This document shows positions 36,920 to 48,073 of a stretch of 64,000 bases of DNA, in pieces (the stretch's first letter is position 1; the number at the start of each line of letters is the position of its first letter). Source of the stretch: Haplodiscus bocki (Eukaryota); the NCBI GenBank assembly GCA_965655095.1, contig OZ296651.1, positions 30,752,001 through 30,816,000 on the forward strand. Direction: 5' to 3'. The notes beneath the pieces were generated by a model. It worked only from the letters and a program-made list of their open reading frames with translations. It did no database searches and was not told the origin of the DNA. The translations under genes were made by a program, and so were the position numbers.

Positions 36920-37922
36920 GACGCGAGACATAAAAACGCCGATTTAGAAGTGGAACAGAACGCCCGGATTTGAAAAGGAGACAAAACATGCGAATTTTAA
37001 AACAGGACAAAACCGGCGAATGTTAAAACTGGTCAAAATCGCCGTTTTCGAATACGAGACAAAACAGCTGACTTAGAAAACGAGACAATGTAGCCGATTT
37101 GCAATAATATTGGTTGCCAAAATTGTCAGTTTTTGCAAAGATGGAAACTCCTAACGATAAAAGCGGCTTGGTATGATCATCGAGAATTAGCCAGTAAATA
37201 ACCAATATAGTTACAAAATACCGTTAAACCTTAAATACGTCTTCCAAAACCAATTTATTTACAATTTTGAGGTGCATAACATTCACATCTTTCAACACGG
37301 GCACAAGTTATAATTTCCACAGTGTATCCAAAAAAATAGTTAGGTATATGTACAAAAATTACCATTATATGAAGTTTTGAATTTTTTTCGGGATTCTGAC
37401 TCTATAGCGAACAATTTTCCAGAAAAATCAAATGCCCGCAAAAAGCATTTACTGGAAAAAAATTCCGAAAGGGCTAGAACCAAAAAATTTTTTTTCTGAT
37501 ACACTCGTTTTACATATACCAGAAAAACGGGCATACCAAAAATTCAGAAATTGCATGCAAGGGAGTATCAAAAATTCAGAAAACGTATATGGAAGGGGAA
37601 CAACATATAATTTTATTTGCGCCCTTTTTTGGAAAAGCCGGATTTTTTATGCCGCAAAAGTTGAAGTGAATTGCATTCTGTAGTGGGACGTCAGTTTCTA
37701 GTGTTTTGGTTATATACTAGCTAGTTATGGATAATTCGACCCAGACATTTTCGTTACCAAAAAAACAGTTGACACTTTCTGAGTTCTTAGGAAACAAACG
37801 GCGGTTCAGTGTCGTTCTTACAATCTGCGATTTCGTCTCGTTGTTACAATTGGTGTTTTGTCTCATTTTAAAAGTCGGCTGTTTTGTCTCATTTACAATC
37901 GGAGGTTTTGTCTTGTTCCCTA
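36920..37922. repeat. Foldback/MITE-like element with inverted arrays of ~24 bp subrepeats
   Basis: GAGACAAAAC-type units recur at ~36920-37130 and inverted GTTTTGTCTC units at ~37800-37920. Confidence 0.6.
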
Positions 37923-39465
37923 TCTCCACAAATACGCATTCCGGCCAAGTGAACTTTGGACTTTCAATTTGGTCTGGTAACCCCCTTTCTCCGCGCGACC
38001 CTCTTTAAGGATTTTAGTTTTTCCGTTAGCGTCGCTTCGCGGCCATTCCGCCCTTCCGGCGGCCCGCTGCATGAAAGCTGGTAGTGACAACAGCCAGCGT
38101 AGTATCGTATTTTTACGAAAATGGCATGGGTACGTGATGGCTTCCGGTTGCCGCATCGTATGCGGCAAGCGTCTTAGAGAAAAATGTCTTTTGCCATAAA
38201 GTGAATTTCCATGAAATCTTTAATTTTTTGACGAGAAAAAAACGGCATTTTTCAACGGGGAACATAAAATTGCCGCTCCAATCCCTAATTCTGTTCGAGT
38301 TGGACAAATTAATTACAGAATTTGAAAATGTAGTGTGCTAATGAAAATGAGTGTTCGGAAAATGGATTCGGGAGATCGGTCGGGAGAAAATAAGGTCGGC
38401 TACTTCAAAGCAGCTTACTTCAAATCAGAAAATTCTTTCTATGGTTTGAAAGGAAAAACAACAACTTTAGTGAATTAGATTTTCTAAAAGAAAGACGTCA
38501 TTTTCATGAACGGAGTTGTCAATGGTCAGAAAGATTACCGTTAAAAGATAAATTCATAGGACATGAAAATTCGGTTTTTAAATTTTTGAAAAACGACTAA
38601 GTTTTGAAAATCTTGCAGCTGAAAATTTTACTCGCATATCATTTCGTGAAAATTTGGGTTGAAAATGTTTGTGCTTTATTTTTTTCCAGTTATGAGAATT
38701 GGGTTCCGAGTTTTGGCATGCTGCGTGGTCCTTTTTGTGAATTCATTTGCTATGTTGCTGAGATGTCCAGTTTGCAACTAATAACTAAAAAGGTTTATGT
38801 AATTTTGAATTTTTGCTTTGAAATGTTTTCTGAATTCTTTTCAGATCAGAGTGTGTTCTAGCGCAACTGATAATTTCTCAAGTTTAATTTAATAGTTCGA
38901 ACAATGTCGAGTTATTCTCTTTTCAGGTTGTCAGGCGGCTGCAAAGTCTAACCATAAGTTCTGTTCTGCTCTACCTTTTAGTGTTTCAGACTTGGTTTTT
39001 CACAGAATGCGAGCCACAGGCTTAATTCAGTGTTTCCCCCGCAGTTGTCAATAGAAACAGAAAGCTATGGTCAGTAAAGAGAGGGCTCTACATGGGTGTG
39101 GCCTTGAAAGTTAGATCATGTTGGCAAAGTTTTTATTAAATAATAAACAAGACGGCCGACTAGCACCGGCTTATTTTTCGCCCAACTACAAATATTTTGA
39201 TCAACTTTTGCAAACAGTTGAAAACGAGACTAATGCTTTGAATCTATTTTTCAAAGGTTTCTACAAACATCAATTCCACCACTGATTTCTATATTTTATC
39301 CAAAAGAGGGGTTTCACGATTTTCGGTTGATTTTTTGTCTCACAGTACCATAAAATTTCGTAGGGGAACCCTTCCTGGTTTCGGAAAAACTCCGGTATCG
39401 AAAATTTTCATGCATAAGAGGGAATATCACGATTTTCCGTCGTATTCATAAAGTTGAAAATTGTA

Positions 39466-39538
39466 GGTAAAGGCTGGGAATCGAACCCGTATCTACCGCT
39501 TCAGAACCCTGTTGTCCTACCCACTGTGCCATGGGAAC
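39466..39538 (-). ncRNA. tRNA-Gln(CUG)-derived Pol III unit, copy 1 (pseudo-tRNA)
   Basis: A box TGGCACAGTGG, B box GGTTCGATTCC, TTCTGAA anticodon loop and downstream T4. The anticodon stem does not pair. Confidence 0.6.
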
Positions 39539-39581
39539 ATTTGGAAATTCTGACAAATGTCAGTGAAATCATAAAAATATC

Positions 39582-39653
39582 TGACCGACTGAGATTCGAA
39601 CCCGGACCTACCGCTTCAGAACCCTGTTGTCCTACCCACTGTGCCATGGGAAC
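39582..39653 (-). ncRNA. tRNA-Gln(CUG)-derived Pol III unit, copy 2 (pseudo-tRNA)
   Basis: GTTCCCATGGCACAGTGGGTAGGAC...TTCTGAA...CCGGGTTCGAATCTC followed by T5. The period relative to copy 1 is 115 bp. Confidence 0.62.
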
Positions 39654-39696
39654 AATGGGAATTTTTGACAAATGTCAGTGAAATCATGAAAATTTA

Positions 39697-39766
39697 AGGC
39701 CCGACAGAGATTCCAACCCGGACTTACTGCTTGAGAAACGTTTGTCCTCACCGCACTGCCGAGACC
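39697..39766 (-). ncRNA. tRNA-derived unit, copy 3 (more diverged)
   Basis: Same layout with B box GGTTGGAATC and a degenerate A box, followed by T4. Confidence 0.45.
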
Positions 39767-40182
39767 ATTTATTTGAAAATAAAAATAGTTGGCAAAAACA
39801 CAGTGATAAAAAAATAGCACCTCACTATACTGAATGAATAATTTTCTTGCATATTTAATATGCGGCGAAAAATAATACGTTTTCGGCGTTAATAAAAATT
39901 CCGTGAAAAGTTCATTTAATCAAAAGAGCCGACAATTTTCAAAAATGTCCAAATATGCGAATACCTAAAATCGTTGAAATTGATAAAGTAGAATTTTTGA
40001 GGTGAATTAAAAGTGCTTTCCAGTGAAAGGTATTAAAAGAGTTAAAAACGTAGGTAAATGTTTGCCTGTACTAGGAGTCGAACACATACTATCGTAGTAA
40101 TCGAATCCCGGTAACAGTGGTATCTGTATCAATCTGTGGTGGTTTTTTGCGAGTTACACAATTGGTAATTTGAACCTGTACA

Positions 40183-43100
40183 ATGTTTCCCTGTTGTAAA
40201 TGTGATAAATTGTTGAGCTCAAAACGTGCCTTAAATGATCACAAGCGAAAGAAGCACAATTTGAAGCGATTGATCTGGCCAAAGTTTTCAAATGTGGTCA
40301 TTGTGAGGTTTCTTTCACAAAATCTTGCAATTTATTGCGCCATCTAAGGAACCAACAAAATTCATCGGGCAACTATCGATGTTTCTCTTTGGAACCTCTC
40401 AACATTGACTCAACACCAAGAACAGTATCATTGCGATGTATCTCTTGGTAGACCAAATATCAACGTCTCTATTTGCTCGATTTCACAACTGAAGCCGTTA
40501 ATTCTAAATTCCAAATTCATCGACTCAAGCTTGAGGACTCTGATGGTTTGCAACCGTTCAACTACATTATTTCTCAGAAAGATACAATCATTGCATTTGT
40601 GAATTCTTTATTGAGCGTGACCCAAACGTTAAACTCGGTCTAAGCATTGCAGTGAAACTGGAAAAGCCTTTGGAGAGCGAGGTAGTAGAAGCTTTTTTCA
40701 ATTCGGCCATGTCTCGAGTTTCTTCTCAGCTCACCGATGTCGAGTATTTGCAGCATGTGGATGCCTTGATGACACAGTTGATTGTATTCGCCACACGTGG
40801 TTCAGGATGGGTGGTGGGAACATTGGCACTGTTGGAAATCAAAACAGTCTCCTGTAGTAAAGTTACTGGCGGCTCATATTTAGAAACGCCACCAATTCTC
40901 AAACCACTGAATCGCTCGATTTTGAATGTTGTGAATAAACGTGATAACTTCTGCTTCTTGTATTGCGTTGCAGCTGCTCTAATCTCTTTCATCGGAAGAG
41001 CTAATAGTCCAAAGACCCGTTAGAAAAACATCGAGCGGCTGTCTTTCAACTCAAAGCTAATGCCGATGCCTCTGTCCGCCATTCCTTCTTCGGAATCGTT
41101 GCTCAATCAGTGTTTATCAGATGGAGAACTCCAGGATGGTGTCCGTGTATCACAGTAAGAATCGAAGAGGAAGACACAATGATCTTCTTGGCCTAATGAA
41201 TAACCAAAACAGTCATTATTGCCTGATTGAAAATTTCTCGAATCTTATTGATTTCCTAACTAGTTCCAGAATCAAGCGCGACCTTGAACGAAAGTCGCGC
41301 TTTTGCCGAAACTGCTTTCAACCGATAACTAAAAAGAACTTCAAGAAACACGTTTCCTTTTGCGAAAGTAACGCACCACTTGAGACTCGAATGCCTCTTG
41401 AATCACCAACAATTGAGTTCGTCAATTGGGAGAAAACACAAAAGTGTCCCTTTGCTGTTTATGCTGACCTTGAGGCAATCAATGTGGCTTCAGCAGAATT
41501 TCCTCAAACTAAATGTCGGACAAGGGAAATTGAAAGGCAGTATGCAGCCAGCTTTGGAGCAGTCCTGGTTGATTCTGGAAGTTAATTAAACTTTGCTTAT
41601 ATCTCCGTGACGTTTTGGAAAAAATCTTATCTTTACCACTACTGTTGACCTTATTCAAATTTTAACTTGGTTATGTTCAGTGTGATTTCGTTTCAGCGAG
41701 TGGAATTGTTAAACAAGGTTTCTACCGGGGATTGGACTGTATTGCAAAGTTGTTGGATATGTTGCGTGATTGGTTATTTTGGTGCTACGGTGAAAAACAG
41801 ATGTTCAGACGTTTAATGGTTTTCGGGGCAGCAGCGAAAGCGGATGTTGAACGTGGCAAATGTTTCGTGCTGCTTATGTGGCATGGATGTGGAATAAACA
41901 GTTCGAGTGATTCATCACTGTCATCTTTCGGGAACAATTTTTGGCGTTGCCCATTCAAAATGCAATCTGAGAGCCAGAACGACGAATTTCTAACCAGTTA
42001 TCGAGATACGATGCTCAGCATATTTTGAATCACCTGAATTTAAAGGTGGGTTAAGAACTGGCTGCAATTGCCAAAACTGATGAAACATACATTTCATTCA
42101 GCACCAATATACCTGTGGACACTTACAGAAAGCAATCGGGGCAACTGGTTAAATTTTATCAATCTCTTCGCTTCCTCGACAGCTATCAATTTGTTTCTCA
42201 AAGTCTAGAGAATCTTGCAAAGACACTGGAAAAAAGATGACTTCTTTTTACTCAAGCAATTCTTTCACAACGTTCCGGACCAAATTTTTCTCAAGCTCAC
42301 TCAGAATGGTTTTTTTCCTTACAGTTACCTCGACAGTTTCGAAAAGTTCTAAGAGTCTTTTCCAAATTATGGTGATGCTTGGAGAAATAGTCTCTCTGGT
42401 AAAATCGATATCACTTATTCTGACTATCAACATGCAGTCAGTCTTTGCAATGATTTTGGTTGCCAAAACCTGGGAGACTATCACGACGTTTATCTAAAAA
42501 CTAATGTGCTTCTTGTAGCTGATATCTTTGAAAAGTTTAGAAGTGTTTGCCTAAATGTTCACAGGCTGGATCCCTCTCATTTTTATTCGGCTCCGAATTT
42601 GAGCTGGGAATCTATGCTCATTTCCATAAGGGTTAAGTTGGGACTGTTGCAAGACATTGACATGCTATTATTTTTCGAGCGTGGCATTCGCGGTGGAATT
42701 AATGGAGTTGGAGAACTACGTCATTTCACAGCTGACAATGCTCATCTCGACAATCTTGATACGAGACGAAAAACAACGTTCGGCGCTTTTTACGATGTAA
42801 CATCACTTTACGCCGGCACAATGCAAAAAATGATGCCTTTAGATAACTACAGGTGGAACACAGAAATTACCATCGAGCAAATTTTGCAAGCTTCTGAAAA
42901 TTCAAGCGTTGGGTACTTTGTAGAAGTTGATCTGAAGTATCCCCAATATCTACACGATCTGCACAATGGACTGCCTTTAGCACCTGAAAATTTGATCATA
43001 CGGTCCCCATGGCTTTCACCTTTTGCCAAGTCTTTTGGAATTAAACCCAACAAAACGCCTAAACTGGTCGAGACGCTATTGGACAAGAAAAATTATGTCT

Positions 43101-44726
43101 GTCATTGCGAAAATTTGAAGTTTTATGTGAAACATGGTTCGTTCACCGATAAAATACATCGCGTGTTCGAGTTTGAGCAAAGCAAGGGGTTAGGTGTGTA
43201 CATAGGAATAAACACTGTTATGCGCAAACAAGCTAAGAATGACTTTGAAAAGAACTTTTACAAGTTGATGAGCAACGCATGTTTTGGGAAAACCATGGAA
43301 AACTTGAGAAAGTGATCGGTTATAAAGTTTGTGTCCAATCATCAGCAAGCAAAAAATTTGCTTAGAGAGCAACGTTCAAATCCTTTCCAAATTTTAGGCA
43401 GGATTTGGTTTCTGTGTCTTTCAGAAATTCGTATATGGTATGGACAAAGCCTACTCCTGTGGGAGCTGCCATTCTAGACTTGTCCAAATTGTCCTTGTAC
43501 AAGTTTCATTACGAGGAAAGATCCCTCGTTATTGGTCAGGTCAATTGAAAATAGCCTATAAAGACACCGACTCTCTGTTATTCTTGATTGAAACCCCCTG
43601 ATCTCTACAAAGATATGACGTCTTTCAAACACTTGCTTGATCTTTCAGATTACCCACAAGATCACTTTTTGCGCTATCCAACAAATAAGAAAGTTCCGCT
43701 AGGTGTGACAGATGAATTACAGGGCAAAGTTTTACGCGAAATTGTTTGTTTACGATCCAAACTCTATAGCATCGGGTACGTTGGTGGGTTGAAGCAGAGC
43801 GCCAGGGGCGTACAAAAGTCAGTTAAAATAATTTTACATCACGATTTGTTTAGACACTACCCATTTTTTTAGACACTGCCTATTCTCAAAAGACAAAGTT
43901 GTCCGAACAATGACACAGTTGGGTTCACACTGTCATCAATTTGTAGTCAATGAGATTGATAAAGTCGCAGTCAGCTCATTTGACGACAAACGCTTCCTTC
44001 TGGATAATGGTGTTTCTTCACCTGCTTATGGACACTAAAATTTGGAAGTACCTTCAGTGACACTACAGACCGACAATCAGGTCGCTGTTTCAAAATGTTT
44101 GAAATTCTTTGGTTTCTCCAACCACAGTCTTTGGGAAACTCTTCACACTTTTTCTTCTGTTTAGATTACTGAATTGGTTACGATTCTTCGTCAGTCTATA
44201 GTGACTCGACCTTTTTCACCAGTAGTTCCTCCTCTTCCATTACTGATCTGGACTCTGAGTTGTCGAATTACAGAGAGACAAGGGAACCTCGTGACTTTCT
44301 GCATGATATGCTGAAAACATTACCTTCTTCTTGTAAGTTGTGGCAAAATCAAGAATTTTCTTTGCGTAAAGTCAAACTTCTACGGCAGTAACATTTTCGT
44401 TGGTCTTTTATTACGTATGATAAGTGTTTGCGTTCTTCTTTTTTATCTGTTCGTTCAAATCAACGCTTTCCATTTTAGCATCGTACACAGATCCTGGTTT
44501 CAACCAGCCTCCTATATCGGATAGCGAACTATCCGACGTTGTTGACTGGGATCATCTATCTTCAATGGCTGACGATAATGATGACTCTTCTAGTCCAGGC
44601 CTAATATGTCCCTTCATTGACTGGGAAGCCGAAGAAAAAGACCCAGTAGATGTGCCAGCTTCCAATAGAGACAGGAAGCGAGCCTGCTTTAGCGAAGGCA
44701 GTGACACAGATGAAACCGTGGCCTAA
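40183..44726 (+). pseudogene. Protein-primed family B DNA polymerase with N-terminal C2H2 fingers; three predicted introns
   Basis: GSGW, NKRDNFCFLYC, VYADLEA (Exo I), HHCHLSG...AHSKCNL (endonuclease VII-like insert), FLDSYQF, GFFPYSY, RGIRGG, YDVTSLY (motif A), KLMSNACFGKTMEN (motif B), YKDTDS (motif C) and FDDKRF...AYGH. Scattered stops and frameshifts. Confidence 0.92.
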
Positions 44727-44799
44727 AAACTAGTAAACTTTGAACGTCTTCGCAACACAGTCTTGCCTTAAACTTTAAATTCATCAAAAATCGACAATA

Positions 44800-45362
44800 T
44801 TACCAGGTTCGATATTTAAATTGACGATATTTAACATGTTCGTTAAAGAAGCGTACTATATCAATTTCAGTGGTTTGCATTAAAGTGGGATTTTTTGCAG
44901 TTTTTTAGACGTTGAAGGGTTTCTTGAAGAAATAGTGTACTAGCTACAAGCAGTACAGACCACACCGGTTAGAATGAAGCTTTTGCAAAGGTAACTTGAT
45001 CGCTTGGAATCCTCCACATTTTCCGTATAACTTCCAGAATCTGCTGTAGAATTGATCGTAATAGCATAGAGGCCTGCCGAGGCAATCCCAAACAAAGATT
45101 CCAACGTGATCACCATTGTCGATTGCACGCAGTAAAATCTAATGCTCACCGCTTTTATTTGACGGCCAGGAGTTTATTAGTTGAAATTTTCTCAGTTGTG
45201 AAATTTTCAAGCTTGGTTCTTTTTTTTGTTGGGGCTGCTGGTTTTCTGTTTTTCCACGCAGTCTATCTTGCATTTAGGGAAATTGTCCGACCAGACGCCA
45301 CCAAAAATGTGCAATGTACTAGAACACTTTGTTGCATTTTTTGCAACTGTGGAATTATTCAT
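44800..45362 (-). pseudogene. Adenain-like cysteine protease (not captured by the ORF track)
   Basis: Manual translation gives IFGGVWSDNFP ... QLINSWPSNKSGEH*ILL ... FVWDCLG ... LQKLHSNRCGLYCL, i.e. the His/Asp/Gln/Cys layout of adenovirus-type proteases. Confidence 0.8.
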
Positions 45363-46725
45363 CGATTAATGTATTTTTGGAGATGTTTCGGGCAGAATCG
45401 ATAAACACTTGACTGAACCGCTCGCCAATTAGAAATATTTCAATTGCATATTCAAGAGGGTTGGAAAAATACAATTTCAATGTTAGACTCGATCCAGTGA
45501 GTTCGGGAAACAAGATTAAGCTGCTGCTAGCCTCTTCCGTTGATGTGAGATCGAAAACGAGGAAAAAATGATTGTCCTCGAAATCCTCCAATGTTATTCC
45601 GTTTCCATTTTTGTTAAACCCAAGAGCCGTAAATGCATTGTACTAAAGCTTAACATTGTTGCTCGTGTCTCTTGGTGTCCCAGCCAAGGGCACCCCGTTC
45701 CCGCGCTGCTTTTCTACACGCTGTAATTTGTTATGAAAAAGGCGAATAGTTTAAAGCTGTAGTTCGAAACAGTGAATGTTGACCATACACAAAGTTAACC
45801 TTCTGATTGGCTCCGTTCCAAACACGTTGTCTTTCACGAAACAATTTTGACCTGCTTGTATGATGAAACTTTTTTTCAAATTTTCAATGTAGGGGTAAGT
45901 AGCTGAACTCTTTACGAGAGCTTTTTCAATCGACAATTTCACACTGTCCGTAACCACTACTTTCCTTACAAAAAGAGAAGCTCTCTCAATAATTGCTTGC
46001 ACTTTACCATCAAGCGCCTTAGCTTCGTCATCGGTTCCCTACATAAAAAGCATCGTGTTATTGGGAGAACGGAAAAGTAGTAAATGAAGTGTGACGCCGG
46101 GCACCAAAAGTTCTTCGCAGTCAAAAAAGTCAATATGTAATGCTCCATAGAGCTCGGTCGTGCATTGTTTTTGGCGGTCAAAATCAGCGTAGAATTTATT
46201 GAACTGTTGATTTTGCTCACTTGTTTTTGCCAGGTAATCATTTCCCTGAAAGCTTGTCCAAGTTTGCTTTCCGTCGGTGTTAGCTGTAAGTTCGGTTTCG
46301 ATGAACGCCGCATGAAAATAACAGTTGTTGCTGTGTGAAATGAGTTTCCCGTTCAAATACAATTGAGCGTGAGAGAACAATGTGTAAAGCGTGTTGTTCG
46401 AAAAAACTATTGGATGCTCATTGACTTTGGCGTGGGTCTTCCCGTCCTCCGTTTAGACGCCAACTTTTACACTCAACAGAATACGATTCAAGTCAATCAA
46501 GTTTTTTGCTTCAGCTGTTACAAAACAGTCCAACTGGGGGCCTCTAATTCCTACATGTGGGAAAACCTCTTGATCGTAAGAACCTTCGTAATTGATTAAC
46601 ACGTTGGGCTTCTCAAAAAAATCTAGAGCGCTCTGAGTGACCGGGCTCGCAATTTCCATTTCACTTGTTGCTGCTGTTGGTAGGGCCAGATTGCTTGTTA
46701 TCGTCGTGGTTTTACTATGGAGCAA
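45355..46725 (-). pseudogene. Polinton major capsid protein (double jelly-roll), frameshifted
   Basis: SALDFF, IDLNRILL, FSHAQLYLNGKLIS, LYGALHIDFF...LLVPGV.L.L...RS, IERASLFVRKV, FGTEPIRRLTLCMV and FFLVFDLT...GSSLTLKLYF are typical Maverick MCP motifs. Confidence 0.85.
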
Positions 46726-47157
46726 ACTGAATTTCAGACAGAATATCTGACCGACTTTTCTTGGCGGGACTTGATTTAGAAATGATTTGTGTCGTTGTTG
46801 ATTCGGGCAATGATGCTGCTGAAATGTTCAGTCGCTTTCGATTTGTACTGCCGGTTGGCTCCGGTCTTCCGCTTCCGCGCCATCCGGCCGCCTGGCACCC
46901 GTCCGCCTCCGGAACGCGCCGCCCGCTGCGGTGCAACGCTCGCCCCGGCCGAGCGGCCTGAAAATCTCGGCGCCCAGGTCTTTACAGTTTTCTTGGTAGC
47001 AGTCTCCGCAAAATGTTTCAACATCTTGCCACTGGGTCTGATCTTGCCGGCCAAAACCTGACCAATTTCATGTATTGCCGCTTCCAACAAATTTCTTCCA
47101 AGTTGTTTAGCTACCGGCAGAATGTACCTCCGCACAACTGGAATTGCCACTCTTCCA
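46715..47157 (-). pseudogene. Basic core/DNA-condensing-like Polinton protein, N-terminus deleted
   Basis: GRVAIPVVRRYILPVAKQLGRNLLEAA...ETATKKTVK with an Arg/Lys-rich tail. It sits between the minor and major capsid genes, as is usual in Mavericks. Confidence 0.6.
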
Positions 47158-47983
47158 ACGCAGCCTGTGTGTCACCCAGGTTCTCATTTTGAACCAAGTC
47201 GCAATACAAAAACATTGTGCGACTTCCGCCTTTCAAGTCAACCGGCCACTGACCTGAGTTCTTTACAACTGCGATATCTCTTTGATTTTGCTGATCATCT
47301 TGGCAGTCGCCATCAAAGTTCTTTTTCGACTCCTGTCTCTGCTCGCCGTGTTGGCAGTCTATGACTGCTGTCAAGCCCAGTATATTTTTCAAATCCTGTG
47401 TTTTTGCTCGGATAACCATACCGTTTTGCTCCACATTCCCTCAAAACTTAACGTGAAGTTCTTGCTTCGCCGTATCAACCTTCCTCGGAATATTTGTTGA
47501 TCGCGATGTTGCATCTGTAGGGTTCTGAGTTGTTGGCGGGAGAAATTTTTCATTGTCGTTTCTTGTAGCACTTTTGACTATGGCCTCCATGATATCATCA
47601 ATGAATGAATAGCAACCTGGCTTCATATAGCGCACTTCTGCAGCAGTGAACGTCAATGCTGGTTTCACTGCTCCAAATTGCCGGGGCACTCTCTTTGACA
47701 CAACCCCTGGTCGTCTGCTTGGAATATTTTTGCTCGGTGATTGATAAGGCGGCGGCGACTTTGGGAGCGGGACAATTTTTGAAACGGTGATTTGGCCCTC
47801 AGTTATATTGCGAACGATTGCCGGCCAAAAAATCTCCAGCAAAGCCACCTGCCAATCCCCGGAGAGAGTCACAGGCGTGGGTAGGAGTGTTGTGAAACTT
47901 GACAGTTTGTTTCCTGGAAATGTTTCCGTGGACGCATTGGAAGTCAAGTTTAGCGTGAATTCAGCACTGCCAGAAGCAGTCAT
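47158..47983 (-). pseudogene. Polinton minor capsid (penton) protein, frameshifted and C-terminally truncated
   Basis: FTLNLTSNAS...FPGNKLSSFTTLLPTPVTLSGDWQVALLEI and MFLYCDLVQNENLGDTQAAL. Confidence 0.82.
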
Positions 47984-48073
47984 GTCTTGGGAAGATGAAA
48001 GTGTCTGATTTTGGCAGATTGTTGATGTTACGCGGTTTGGTAATTTCAGTCACGTGCGCTCTTATATTCTTGT

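Larger units (their letters stand above)
39145..39877 (-). mobile_element. Non-autonomous Helentron-type element (HINE/DINE-1-like)
   Basis: Perfect 12 bp asymmetric inverted repeats TTATTTTTCGCC (39171-39182) / GGCGAAAAATAA (39864-39875). On the minus strand the 3' copy is followed by the stem-loop GCCGG-TGCTAG-TCGGC and TCTTGTTT. The palindrome GCATATT-T-AATATGC lies next to the 5' copy. Confidence 0.7.

Noticed and set aside
39466-39766. CRISPR-like repeat-spacer array
   Set aside because: Whole units including the spacers are near-identical, the repeats are tRNA-derived, there are no cas genes and the DNA is eukaryotic.
39466-39766. Functional tRNA genes, or VA-RNA genes that are integral to the Polinton
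   Set aside because: Acceptor and anticodon stems do not pair properly, and the units lie inside separate Helentron-type ends, so adjacency to pPolB may be incidental.
38000-40182. Polinton left terminal inverted repeat
   Set aside because: I could not find a matching inverted copy or a 6 bp TSD on the right side of the window.
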